From Patescibacteria group bacterium (lineage in GTDB: Bacteria; Patescibacteriota; Microgenomatia; UBA1400; PJMF01): 64,000 nucleotides of DNA. Positions within the stretch are counted from its first letter, which is position 1, and every line of letters begins with the position of its first letter. The stretch spans positions 392,539 through 456,538 of the forward strand of contig BOKX01000001.1 of NCBI GenBank assembly GCA_016861205.1. Reading direction: 5' to 3'. The position numbers and the translations under genes are program-made. The notes beneath the pieces were generated by a model. The model worked only from the letters and a program-made list of their open reading frames with translations. It had not been told where the DNA came from and did not search any database. Shown piece after piece: positions 28,771 through 38,019 of the stretch.

Positions 28771-30228
28771 TTACAGCTGCGTGGCTGCTTCCAGGCGGCT
28801 GAGCACTTCACTCTGACCAATGATGGCCATAGTCTCGAAGAGAGGTGGTGTAGCGGTTCGACCAGTTACAGCTACTCTCAGCATCATGAAGTACTGGCTC
28901 TTCGGCCAGTTGTGTTGGGCTTGTAGATCTCGAATACAGTTTTCCAGCTGGCTACTTTCCCAAGTGGTTAGTGCACGTAAGGCCGCCGAAGTTGTTTGCA
29001 ACTGTTCAGCAACTACCGCTGGCTCGGCTTTCTTGTGTAGTAAGGTTGGGTCAACAGTGACTGGCCGATAGAAGAAACTGGTTAATTCCTCAATCTCTCC
29101 CAGTCTCTCTAGACGCTCTGCCACCAGACTGATAATACGGTCTGTTTGAGCCGCAGGGAAATCTGTGGGCAAGAACGGTGTTAAGCGTTGTTTTAACTCA
29201 GTTGGCGACAGCTTGCGAATGTACATCCCATTGATCCATCGCAACTTTGCCAAGTCAAACACTACTGACTTAGCGCTGATTTCAGCTGGATCAAACTCTT
29301 GGATGTACTCGTCCAAGGTCAGAATTTCGCGCTGGTCCTTTGGTGTCCAGCCCAAAATCATGAAGAAGTTGAGCATGGCTTCCGGCAAGAAACCGTCATC
29401 CAAAAACGACTGGGCAGCCACGGTGCCTTTGCGTTTGCTCATCTTGCCTTTGCCGTCTGGGTTGAGGAAAACTGGAATGTGTGCGTAAATCGGTGGCTGC
29501 CAGCCAAAGGCTTGGTACAGCAACATATGCTTCGGTGTGGAACTAATCCACTCTTCACCGCGCATGACGTGTGTAATCTGCATCTCATAGTCATCAACGA
29601 CCACTCCCAAGTGGTAGGTCGGGAAACCATCAGACTTGAGCAAAACCTGGTCATCAACACTGTTCGAAGCCACTTCAATTTCGCCTCGAATCAGATCGGT
29701 AAACCGAATGGTCTCATTCTCTGGCACTGCCAGCCGAATCACATAGCTCTCACCAGCCTCAACACGTCGTAAGGCCTCAGCCGGATCAAGGTGACGACAG
29801 TGCTTGTCATACATTGGTGGTTGATTGGCAGCTCGTTGGGCTTCTCGGATCCGTTCCAATCGCTCTGAGGTACAGAAACAGTAGTAAGCCTGACCTTTGG
29901 CCACCAGCTCTTCAGCTTTTGCTTTATAGAGCGGTAGGCGCTCTGACTGGGTGTAAGGCGCATACGGGCCACCTTTGTCCGGACCCTCGTCCCAGTCCAA
30001 GCCGTAGGCTTTAATAACTGACATGATGCGCTCAACAGCGCCCTCAACTTTGCGTTCCTGATCAGTATCCTCAATCCGCAGCACAAACTGGCCACCATGC
30101 TTCTTGGCGAACGCGTAGTTCTTGAGGAGTGTAGCGATGTGGCCGACATGGTACTCACCAGTTGGGCTGGGAGCCATCCGAGTTCGCACCGGTCGTGAAG
30201 AAGTTGAAGCTGACGTTGAGTTCGACAT
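28771..30228 (-). CDS. gltX: Glutamyl-tRNA synthetase
   Basis: Carries 'RMAPSPTGEYHVGHIATLL' (HIGH = HVGH), 'VLRIEDTDQER' and 'KMSKRKG' (KMSKS). Confidence 0.9.
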   Translation of the reverse strand: MSNSTSASTSSRPVRTRMAPSPTGEYHVGHIATLLKNYAFAKKHGGQFVLRIEDTDQERKVEGAVERIMSVIKAYGLDWDEGPDKGGPYAPYTQSERLPLYKAKAEELVAKGQAYYCFCTSERLERIREAQRAANQPPMYDKHCRHLDPAEALRRVEAGESYVIRLAVPENETIRFTDLIRGEIEVASNSVDDQVLLKSDGFPTYHLGVVVDDYEMQITHVMRGEEWISSTPKHMLLYQAFGWQPPIYAHIPVFLNPDGKGKMSKRKGTVAAQSFLDDGFLPEAMLNFFMILGWTPKDQREILTLDEYIQEFDPAEISAKSVVFDLAKLRWINGMYIRKLSPTELKQRLTPFLPTDFPAAQTDRIISLVAERLERLGEIEELTSFFYRPVTVDPTLLHKKAEPAVVAEQLQTTSAALRALTTWESSQLENCIRDLQAQHNWPKSQYFMMLRVAVTGRTATPPLFETMAIIGQSEVLSRLEAATQL

Positions 30229-30269
30229 ATCTAGAGGTAATTATACCAGGCAAAGAACGGTTTTGACGC

Positions 30270-33200
30270 TTATGTTTGCTTGAGCTGTTCGTATAGTTGT
30301 TCGGGAGATAACAGAGCATCAGCTGTTACTCTGGGTTGGTACTCTCCAATGATCCGCTCAGCTTGGTTCCAATCCACATCTAACACCATCTCTTCCAAAA
30401 TCTGGCGTTGCCCTTCGTAAAACTGTCGATTATGCGTCATATTCTCACCACGATTCTCAACACGGTGCTGGTACTCATGGGAACCTGTTTCAACTAACCT
30501 ATACACAAACTGTTGGGCTGTATCCATAGTCCGGTTACCAAGCACCACATCTTGTAATTGCCTAATAGCTTCAGTATTGGCCATGAAATCCCAGGCTATT
30601 ATGTTGCCAACAGGTCGGTAGTAGGCAATGGCACCCACGCTACCAACCCACCCATGACCAACTGAGGCTTGCCGTCGTTCACTCACTTTAGACAGCAGGT
30701 GCTGGTACATTTGAGTCCAGGCCTGATATATCTCGGTGCCAGATGGAAGCTCCTCCCATCGCACCTCCTGTGTTTTCAAAGCACTTGCTACCTGATTCTT
30801 TTCGGTTTTTTGATCCTGTGCACTCACAGCTTGAACTATCACATTCCGAAGTACGTCGGGCAAACGCTCAAGCTGTGTCGGATCAGTCTTGACCACCTCA
30901 ATACACTCCACAAAAGAAACCGTTCGACCATTCAGTTCAATGCTGGGTATAGAAAATAGCAGTTTAATAAACTTCGCTTGATTGGTTGAGTACTTTGTCC
31001 AGTCAATTGTGTCAGTTTGTCCCGACTCTAACAGCTTTACATCAGCTTCAACATCTGGATTCTCAACTAAATACCGTTGCATGTCTTCAAAAAAGTCATA
31101 AGGCAGCTCAGCCAGCTTCATTTTGCCTTCTGCAAAAAGCTTGATCGTAGCCTGCATCGTCGCAATCAAGACAGCCGTTTCAAGTTGCGGCCAAATTGTT
31201 TCTTTTTGAGCGATATCGGTGCGGCCATCGGTAAGCTTAATTTGCGGGGGAATATCGATCACCAAGCCAAACTGGGTGATGGCTTTTTGACAAATGACTG
31301 GCAACTTATCAGCAATAGATTTATCGATGATTCGTAAACCAAGACCATTTTGTGTTAATCGGTTTGCTCCTCGAATAGTGAATACTCGAACTCTGCCCAA
31401 TGGTGACTCAGCTTGTCCCGCCACGGGTTGATCAGAGTTTATTGTGGTTTCGTTAAACTTAACATTCAGATCAGCCCTCGGCATCAGACTGGTTGTTTCA
31501 ATAAGTTCTTCTTTGACTTTAGCTAGCTCAAGAGCTGCTGTATCACTGGCTTTTTGCCAAACTATCTTGGTTCCTTTGTACTCTTCGTCACGCTGTTCTA
31601 TTTGATACTGGATATCAACCACTTTGCCGTCTTTCCTGACAGGCACACACCGCAAGTAAATGACATGGCCATCACCGATTGAGGTTTTGATGTTAACTTC
31701 TGATGCCTCTTTAAAAATCGAAAAGAAACCATGACCATAGTAACCAATTGCCTCAGCACTCTCCCAATCACTCACTTGAGGAATCAGCAAATTATTGAGA
31801 ACTTGTTGCAGTGTCATTCCCACATTGTCTTCAACGGAAACAGTGAGTTGGTCGTCTTTGGCAAACGCTTTCACATCGGCAAATGGGTTTTCTTGACCAC
31901 GAGTCGCGTTGTAGGTATTTTGAACCAGCTCGCGCAACCAGTTGAAACTTTCAATTCCCTGGTAATTGACCGCATGCTCAATGCGACGTTGACCAAGCTC
32001 TCGACTCAAAGCTGGCAAGACATCACCCTTGGCAGTAGTTTTAAATACTTCAAGCAGGGCGGCTGAGTCTTGTTTCTCTTGAGATAAGTAGTTGGCAACC
32101 AAATGACTGGCCTGCACATTCACTGCTCGGTCAGGATTAATCTCGACTGAATCAGTGCTGATACCCTGGCTCAGACCAGATAAGAAATCTAAATATGCGC
32201 GGACTTCGGTACTGTACACGCCCCAATCAACCTTGCCAGCACTCATGTCATCGACAGCTCTCGATAACTGCTTGATAAGCTCTTTTACCTGGGGAGCCGG
32301 CCGTTTTAGAATATCTTGAAAAACGTTCAACAACTTTTTATGTGTCTCGCCCGTTTGGTCACGGTACTCAGCCAGCTTGGTCCCAGGTTGTACATTGATG
32401 AGCAGGTCTTGAATTTGTAAAAAAGACTGCAGAAACTCAGCTGGCATGTCTTTGAAGACAGTAATTCTTTCCTTGACCATTTCTGGTGTTTCATTCTCGA
32501 TGATCACCATTGAGCGAAAAGAACTCAATTTATTGGTGTACAGTATCTGCCTCTCTTGCAGTGCTAGTTGTAAGTACTGGTCAAATACTTCTGGTGGGTA
32601 GCTTGTTAAAGCAATCATGACTCTTAACCAGTCACTGTTTGCACTGATCTGTTCTGCCATGGCTGTTTTGACGAGTTTGACCACATTCTCTTTATGTAAC
32701 GGCTTGGTTAGAATGTGCACTGGGTCAGCCAGACTCCTGACCATTTCAATGATTACGTATTGTGAGGTACTTAATCTCTCCTTAAAAAGATACTGGCGAA
32801 TCTCAGGGTCCATGTAGAGCTCAACAAAAATGTGCTGATTTTGGTCGATGGCAGCTCGGACGGCTGGCTCAGCAATCCCAGCATACAGTGCCTCCATCCT
32901 CAACTTATCGTGAGTCATTCCTGACCTTGATATTTCGACTGTTAACGACTCAACGGTGGGTTCTTGATCAGTAAATAAGCTTGGTTCTTCACTTCTGGTA
33001 AATTTTGCTTTGTACGCTTCGATATCGATTTCTTTTTGTCGATCGTACTGGATAAACCACTTCAAAAAGCGCACCTTATTTTCGGCTGTGGCTTGAGGTG
33101 AGTTCAGCATTCTTAAGGTGCGAGGGGTGTTAAAGATAGCCGCAAAAAAATGTGTATCAAAAATGTTACTGAGCATGTTTGTTTCACGGGCCAATTCATC

Positions 33201-35849
33201 GTCTGGTTCTACATTCACTTTTTCTGCATTAAAAAGTGAGAGATCGACTCGGATACGGCGCTCAGCAATCAGCTTACCCAGTTCACCAGATCGGACTATG
33301 TGTCGCAGTAACTCGGTGTCAGTCAGCACAACTACAGCTTCATTCAGGGCGGTCAGCACTTGGCACCAGAGCCCAAACGTAGCTAGCTTAACTTTGTCAC
33401 TGTCACTGTGTGACTGGTTTCTAAATTGTGTAATAATAAATTCGCGCGTTGCCTCAGACTCTTTGACATTATTTTTATTTCGACGACCTTGTACATAGCT
33501 TGTCCATTCGCTGGTTAATTCAGCAGACAGTCCCACTTTTTGAGCAATTTTTTGAGTTTGCTCAAACTGATTTGCACCTCTCATGTCTAAAAAGAATCTC
33601 AGGCATTCATTGGCCGTTGTGTCAGTAACCACTTGAGATACTAGATCTACATCAGCGCCAAGTTTTAATGGAGTCAGAATAGATGAGTAAGGCTCGATAT
33701 CTTCACCCATCGTGGCTACAACGTCAGTTATAACTTTTTTGACATAAAAAAGTTGCAATTTTTCAACTGTTTCAAATTCGGCAGCTATTTCGATCCGATA
33801 ATCTGGTCCATCATCCGATCGATTCACACCCTTTCGTCCCATTCCCCTAAGAATGTTGTCCATTTGGTTGAAAGCTTTTAACCTGCCCCGCCCTGTTTCT
33901 TCTTTTTTTGCCTGCTCCGTTCGAACTTGCTCAAGATACTCACCGTAACTCATCACTTGCTCTGGCTCAATTATCTGCTCGCCCCTCACGCGAGCTACAT
34001 GAACTCTAAGTTGGCCTGGCATGGATCGGTATGTCTCGATAAAGTGAGCCAGTCTTTCTTTCCGAGCTTTACTGTCGGCAGCTTCTTCTGATCGACGACG
34101 ACGATACTCGCCACCTGCTCTGCCTGTGCCAGCTGACATTGCTTCTCCGAATGGCGAAACATCCCCCGCCGATGTTTGAGCTGGTTGATACTCAAGTTTT
34201 GGTCGTTTTTGATCTGACTCTGGACTCGTGACTGTCCGAGACAGTTTATATGGATTCTTAATTTTTAAGTCGTCATCGACTGCTAGATTGTAGACGTCAA
34301 GCAATGCACTTAAAACAGGTCTCATGTGAGGATCGTTGTCATCGATTTTTTCATTGAGCAAAATCACATCACCGCAAACGGCTAAGGCCCGAGTCGGCTC
34401 TTGAAATGGCACTTTGATAATTTTCACCCCATCTACCTCTTGAATTGTGCGATCTTTGACCCGAACATTAAATGGGATTAGTTCTTGATTCAAACTCAAT
34501 ACGTTAGTCAAGTTGACCGCTGCCAGCTCATGGCCATTGGGCAGCAAGGTCATTTCAGGAGGTAAATCGAGTACCCAATGCATGGCCAGGCGTCTAAAAC
34601 TCTTATCGAGTTGTAAGTTATTTTTGACGAGCTTGTTTCGGGACTGAAGGATTTTGACAGCCTCGGCTAAACCATTTAGTAGCTGGGCTTTTTGCTGTTG
34701 CTCCATGGGAATCTGAAAGATTAAAGCCAGGAGATCGTTGAAAGCCGTGGCAACAGCCTCATTTAACTCAACTTTGTCACGTGACTTGGGTAACTCGGTG
34801 GTGAGTGGTAAGTCAAACACCAACTGCTTTGGAATCTGAAAACCTGCTACTTCAATTTCCTCCACTAACACCCCACCGACATCAATTCTGACTCGGCACT
34901 GTTCTCCAACTTCGGGACTGTAAAGAAAACGACCCACGGAAAAAACGTGCTCTTTGAGGTGTGACGTATTGTTCAGCTCTTTTTCATTACCACGGCTTCT
35001 CACTTTAACCTTGGCTCGGCTCTCCGGTAAATCTTGCAACACATTTGACAAGTAGTCCTCAATTTCGGTAGCTTGGATAGCTGCAGATTGAACGGTCACT
35101 TTGGTTTTCACCTGCTCTGCTGTCAGCTGCGCCTGCTCAATATCCGTCAGAGGTTTGATCGAAACCTGGTACCTGCCATTCTGGAAACCATCAGCAGTTG
35201 CTACCCTAGTCAGGGTGACCGACACGCCAGCTTTGGCATCACGAGTCTTGGACTTGATAGTGATACTCGAATTTGGTTCGTTAAGATAATTGAGCAATGA
35301 GTAAAAACCGACTCCAAACCGACCTGTGGTTTGGTCTGTCAGATCCGTGTTACCAGTAATTTTAGGAATGAGCAACTTCGTAACGATGGTTTTTAAATCC
35401 ATCCCCTCACCATCGTCACTAACCTCAAACAAACCATCCTCAATAACAGTTGTCACTACTGGAGGATTTGCCAATCGATCCTCACGTGTTTTGCCTTCTT
35501 TGTTCGCCTGACGCGTTATCGAATCACCCGCATTAAAAATGACCTCAGCCATGGCGCGTCTACGATCAGTAAACTGGTAATTAGCTTCGTCATAGAGTGC
35601 TTTTTCCCAGTTTTTGATGTTGAGCTTCTTGCCGATCAGGGTACTCAATTCCGGATTTTTCTCAAGGGCGTATAGCAATCCCTTAAACTCATCAGGATCG
35701 CTGCTCACCACTTGCGAAACCAGTTCTGCCAATGACCCCTCGTACACTTGGCCACGCATTTTCTCTAGCCATGGGTGCTCAGTAGCAGCCACCACCTCAC
35801 CAACAGGCACAACCTGACTACGAAGACCCGCATCGACCATCACACACAT
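30270..35849 (-). CDS. Giant (1859 aa) protein with two Hsp90/sacsin-like GHKL (Bergerat-fold) ATPase modules and a C-terminal HExxH motif; function unknown
   Basis: Module 1 (aa ~100-190) carries 'AEVIFNAGDS' (N-box), 'EVSDDGEGMD' (G1) and 'TGRFGVGFYS' (G2, Hsp90-like). Module 2 (aa ~1290-1380) carries 'ELVQNTYNA' (sacsin-type N-box), 'VEDNVGMT' and 'GYYGHGFFS'. 'HEYQH' lies at aa 1791-1795. There is no signal peptide or TM segment. Confidence 0.6.
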   Translation of the reverse strand: MCVMVDAGLRSQVVPVGEVVAATEHPWLEKMRGQVYEGSLAELVSQVVSSDPDEFKGLLYALEKNPELSTLIGKKLNIKNWEKALYDEANYQFTDRRRAMAEVIFNAGDSITRQANKEGKTREDRLANPPVVTTVIEDGLFEVSDDGEGMDLKTIVTKLLIPKITGNTDLTDQTTGRFGVGFYSLLNYLNEPNSSITIKSKTRDAKAGVSVTLTRVATADGFQNGRYQVSIKPLTDIEQAQLTAEQVKTKVTVQSAAIQATEIEDYLSNVLQDLPESRAKVKVRSRGNEKELNNTSHLKEHVFSVGRFLYSPEVGEQCRVRIDVGGVLVEEIEVAGFQIPKQLVFDLPLTTELPKSRDKVELNEAVATAFNDLLALIFQIPMEQQQKAQLLNGLAEAVKILQSRNKLVKNNLQLDKSFRRLAMHWVLDLPPEMTLLPNGHELAAVNLTNVLSLNQELIPFNVRVKDRTIQEVDGVKIIKVPFQEPTRALAVCGDVILLNEKIDDNDPHMRPVLSALLDVYNLAVDDDLKIKNPYKLSRTVTSPESDQKRPKLEYQPAQTSAGDVSPFGEAMSAGTGRAGGEYRRRRSEEAADSKARKERLAHFIETYRSMPGQLRVHVARVRGEQIIEPEQVMSYGEYLEQVRTEQAKKEETGRGRLKAFNQMDNILRGMGRKGVNRSDDGPDYRIEIAAEFETVEKLQLFYVKKVITDVVATMGEDIEPYSSILTPLKLGADVDLVSQVVTDTTANECLRFFLDMRGANQFEQTQKIAQKVGLSAELTSEWTSYVQGRRNKNNVKESEATREFIITQFRNQSHSDSDKVKLATFGLWCQVLTALNEAVVVLTDTELLRHIVRSGELGKLIAERRIRVDLSLFNAEKVNVEPDDELARETNMLSNIFDTHFFAAIFNTPRTLRMLNSPQATAENKVRFLKWFIQYDRQKEIDIEAYKAKFTRSEEPSLFTDQEPTVESLTVEISRSGMTHDKLRMEALYAGIAEPAVRAAIDQNQHIFVELYMDPEIRQYLFKERLSTSQYVIIEMVRSLADPVHILTKPLHKENVVKLVKTAMAEQISANSDWLRVMIALTSYPPEVFDQYLQLALQERQILYTNKLSSFRSMVIIENETPEMVKERITVFKDMPAEFLQSFLQIQDLLINVQPGTKLAEYRDQTGETHKKLLNVFQDILKRPAPQVKELIKQLSRAVDDMSAGKVDWGVYSTEVRAYLDFLSGLSQGISTDSVEINPDRAVNVQASHLVANYLSQEKQDSAALLEVFKTTAKGDVLPALSRELGQRRIEHAVNYQGIESFNWLRELVQNTYNATRGQENPFADVKAFAKDDQLTVSVEDNVGMTLQQVLNNLLIPQVSDWESAEAIGYYGHGFFSIFKEASEVNIKTSIGDGHVIYLRCVPVRKDGKVVDIQYQIEQRDEEYKGTKIVWQKASDTAALELAKVKEELIETTSLMPRADLNVKFNETTINSDQPVAGQAESPLGRVRVFTIRGANRLTQNGLGLRIIDKSIADKLPVICQKAITQFGLVIDIPPQIKLTDGRTDIAQKETIWPQLETAVLIATMQATIKLFAEGKMKLAELPYDFFEDMQRYLVENPDVEADVKLLESGQTDTIDWTKYSTNQAKFIKLLFSIPSIELNGRTVSFVECIEVVKTDPTQLERLPDVLRNVIVQAVSAQDQKTEKNQVASALKTQEVRWEELPSGTEIYQAWTQMYQHLLSKVSERRQASVGHGWVGSVGAIAYYRPVGNIIAWDFMANTEAIRQLQDVVLGNRTMDTAQQFVYRLVETGSHEYQHRVENRGENMTHNRQFYEGQRQILEEMVLDVDWNQAERIIGEYQPRVTADALLSPEQLYEQLKQT

Positions 35850-35910
35850 AACTCCATAATAGGTGCCTAAAAAAAAGAAAACAAGTCACGCACTAGAAGT
35901 AAGCTGCTTA

Positions 35911-37002
35911 CTAATTACCGTCTGCCGTCGACTGGCTCACGTACTGCTGGTCCAGTGCAGGCACGTAGCCCAAAAAGCCATCATCACCTTCAAAAACGTA
36001 AATCGGCTGTAAGTAATCCTGTTCATCGAAACTATCGAAATACCCCAGGTAGATATCCCGAATTACAGCTTGTTGACCGTTACCAGGATTCGCAATATAC
36101 CCCTCGCCAGCTTGCAAAACTTTCCAAGCTGCCTGTGAACTGCGCAGCGGATACGTATGAACCTGAGCGTACTCGACTGGTTGGTAGTCGTAATTGAGAC
36201 GAACGATCCCGTCGTTATTATCAAAAGCCCCGGTCACGATTGCCTCAACAGAACCACGTCCATTCGGCGTGTACATCTGATACCGACCATCAATGGGATT
36301 ACGGAACAGGTCAACCTGAATAAAGTTGGCATCAGATACAGAGACAGCCTCTTCCAACTCACCCCCAACTACTTTTAGAAACTTGGTTTTACCAGCAACC
36401 GTTGCCATGTCTGAAGACAGTAGTTGTGCTCGTTGCAAATAACTTTTGACCTGTGAGACAGCCTTAAATGTATCTGGCAAATCCTTGTCTGCCAACAGCT
36501 CCGGCCGACTCAAAAAGTCTGTGGTTAACTCCAGACGATTGGTCTGGATATCCATCTCGAGTGTAGACTCGATCGGTTTTGACTTGGTCCACCGGTACGT
36601 TCGCTCATCGAGAATCTGTGGATCAAACAAAAAATCCAGATTTGCTGCCCGTTTACGAGCATCCTCGTCAGCTAACAAACTTGGACTGGAGCGAGGCATG
36701 AAAAATACTTTGGCTCGATCACCGAAGTTTGGGGTAGTTCCCGTGGCTGTTTCCAGAGTATAAGAGGCTGGCTTATCCTCGCTACTCTGCTCAGGAAAAG
36801 TTATGGCAGGCAGTAACCCAAATCCCACCGTTGGTGGTGGTGGTGGCGGTGGATGTGTCGCTTTCCAGTAGGCACTGAAAGCTGAAAACATCGTTCGACC
36901 CACAATTAATGCTACGACTGCAATTGCTCCAAACTTAACTGCTTGCCGACCTAGAAACGCCACCATCGTCAAGTTTGGGCCGGTATTAGTGGTGGTTGGC
37001 AT
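35911..37002 (-). CDS. Membrane-anchored extracytoplasmic protein, function unknown
   Basis: 363 aa with an N-terminal TM 'FGAIAVVALIVGRTMFSAFSAYW', a poly-Pro tract (PPPPPPP) and a soluble domain. It lies upstream of the DD-carboxypeptidase. Confidence 0.4.
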   Translation of the reverse strand: MPTTTNTGPNLTMVAFLGRQAVKFGAIAVVALIVGRTMFSAFSAYWKATHPPPPPPPTVGFGLLPAITFPEQSSEDKPASYTLETATGTTPNFGDRAKVFFMPRSSPSLLADEDARKRAANLDFLFDPQILDERTYRWTKSKPIESTLEMDIQTNRLELTTDFLSRPELLADKDLPDTFKAVSQVKSYLQRAQLLSSDMATVAGKTKFLKVVGGELEEAVSVSDANFIQVDLFRNPIDGRYQMYTPNGRGSVEAIVTGAFDNNDGIVRLNYDYQPVEYAQVHTYPLRSSQAAWKVLQAGEGYIANPGNGQQAVIRDIYLGYFDSFDEQDYLQPIYVFEGDDGFLGYVPALDQQYVSQSTADGN

Positions 37003-37019
37003 ACAGGTAGTGTAGCAAG

Positions 37020-37958
37020 TTACTCAGGTTCAATCCAGCGATAGTGTTGCTTGAGCCAGTCAAGAATGGCAGAGGTATCACCATAACGATCACTACTACC
37101 CATTACCACGATAGCCACTTCGTGACCTTTAACATCGGCTATGCTGACCAACACCTCGCCTGCTAGCTCTGTAGTCCCTGTCTTCCCCGCTACGACACCT
37201 TTATCTGCCCCTAACAGTTGGTTCGTTGATCGCAACTGGTGCTGACGCTGTCCCGTGATGTCACTGATAGTGTACTGCTTCGTACTGAGTATCGGCCGCA
37301 CCACCTGATCTTGGCTAGCAATTCGTGCGAGTAGCGCCAAATCCCGAGCTGTAGTCAAATGGTTAGTTTGATCTAGACCAGACGGATTGGTAAAGTGAGT
37401 GTCCTTGAGCGACCACTCTTTAGCTGCTTGATTCATCGCCGCCACAAAGCCACTGTAACCAAGTTGATGGTGATTGGCTAAAGCAAACGCCGCATCATTT
37501 CCTGAAGTCATCAGTAAACCATAGAGCAAATTGTGAACAGTGAGTTGTTCACCGACTGTCAACTGCATGACAGTGCCTTGACTAAAAGCTTCTTCACCAA
37601 TGGTCACTATCTGATCAAGTGGATAAATATGTTTGGCAACCAAAGCCGTTAGCAACTTGGTGGTTGAGGCAGGTGACCGAGGCTGGGTGCTACTTTTTTC
37701 CAGCAAAATGCTGCCGCTCGCCACATCCTGCACCATCACAGCCTGAGCAGAAACAGATGGTGGAACTAGTTGTGCACCTGGAACATCAGGCACTGGCACC
37801 GGTGCGGGCTTTACCAAAGTTACTGTGTGTGACTGAGGTTGAAGTTCACTACCTGCTACAACCCAGTGAGTAGTCTTCGTTAGACCTGTAGCAGCCACGC
37901 AAGCTACAACCACCCCCAACGTTAACCACTGATCTGCGCGTAATCCAGCCATAACCAA
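37020..37958 (-). CDS. D-alanyl-D-alanine carboxypeptidase (S11 serine peptidase, PBP5-like)
   Basis: Signal/TM N-terminus plus the SxxK 'ASTTK', SxN 'TSGND' and KTG 'KTGTT' motifs. Confidence 0.8.
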   Translation of the reverse strand: MVMAGLRADQWLTLGVVVACVAATGLTKTTHWVVAGSELQPQSHTVTLVKPAPVPVPDVPGAQLVPPSVSAQAVMVQDVASGSILLEKSSTQPRSPASTTKLLTALVAKHIYPLDQIVTIGEEAFSQGTVMQLTVGEQLTVHNLLYGLLMTSGNDAAFALANHHQLGYSGFVAAMNQAAKEWSLKDTHFTNPSGLDQTNHLTTARDLALLARIASQDQVVRPILSTKQYTISDITGQRQHQLRSTNQLLGADKGVVAGKTGTTELAGEVLVSIADVKGHEVAIVVMGSSDRYGDTSAILDWLKQHYRWIEPE

Positions 37959-38019
37959 TCACTATTGTACTGGGTTTCGAACCGCTTTCACAATCCGGTT
38001 GGTAACAAACTGGATTCGG

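Noticed and set aside
35885-35910. Short palindrome AGTAAGC-T-GCTTACT between the 363-aa gene and the giant gene
   Set aside because: The loop is too short for a terminator hairpin. It could be an operator, but a single 15-bp palindrome is weak evidence without conservation.
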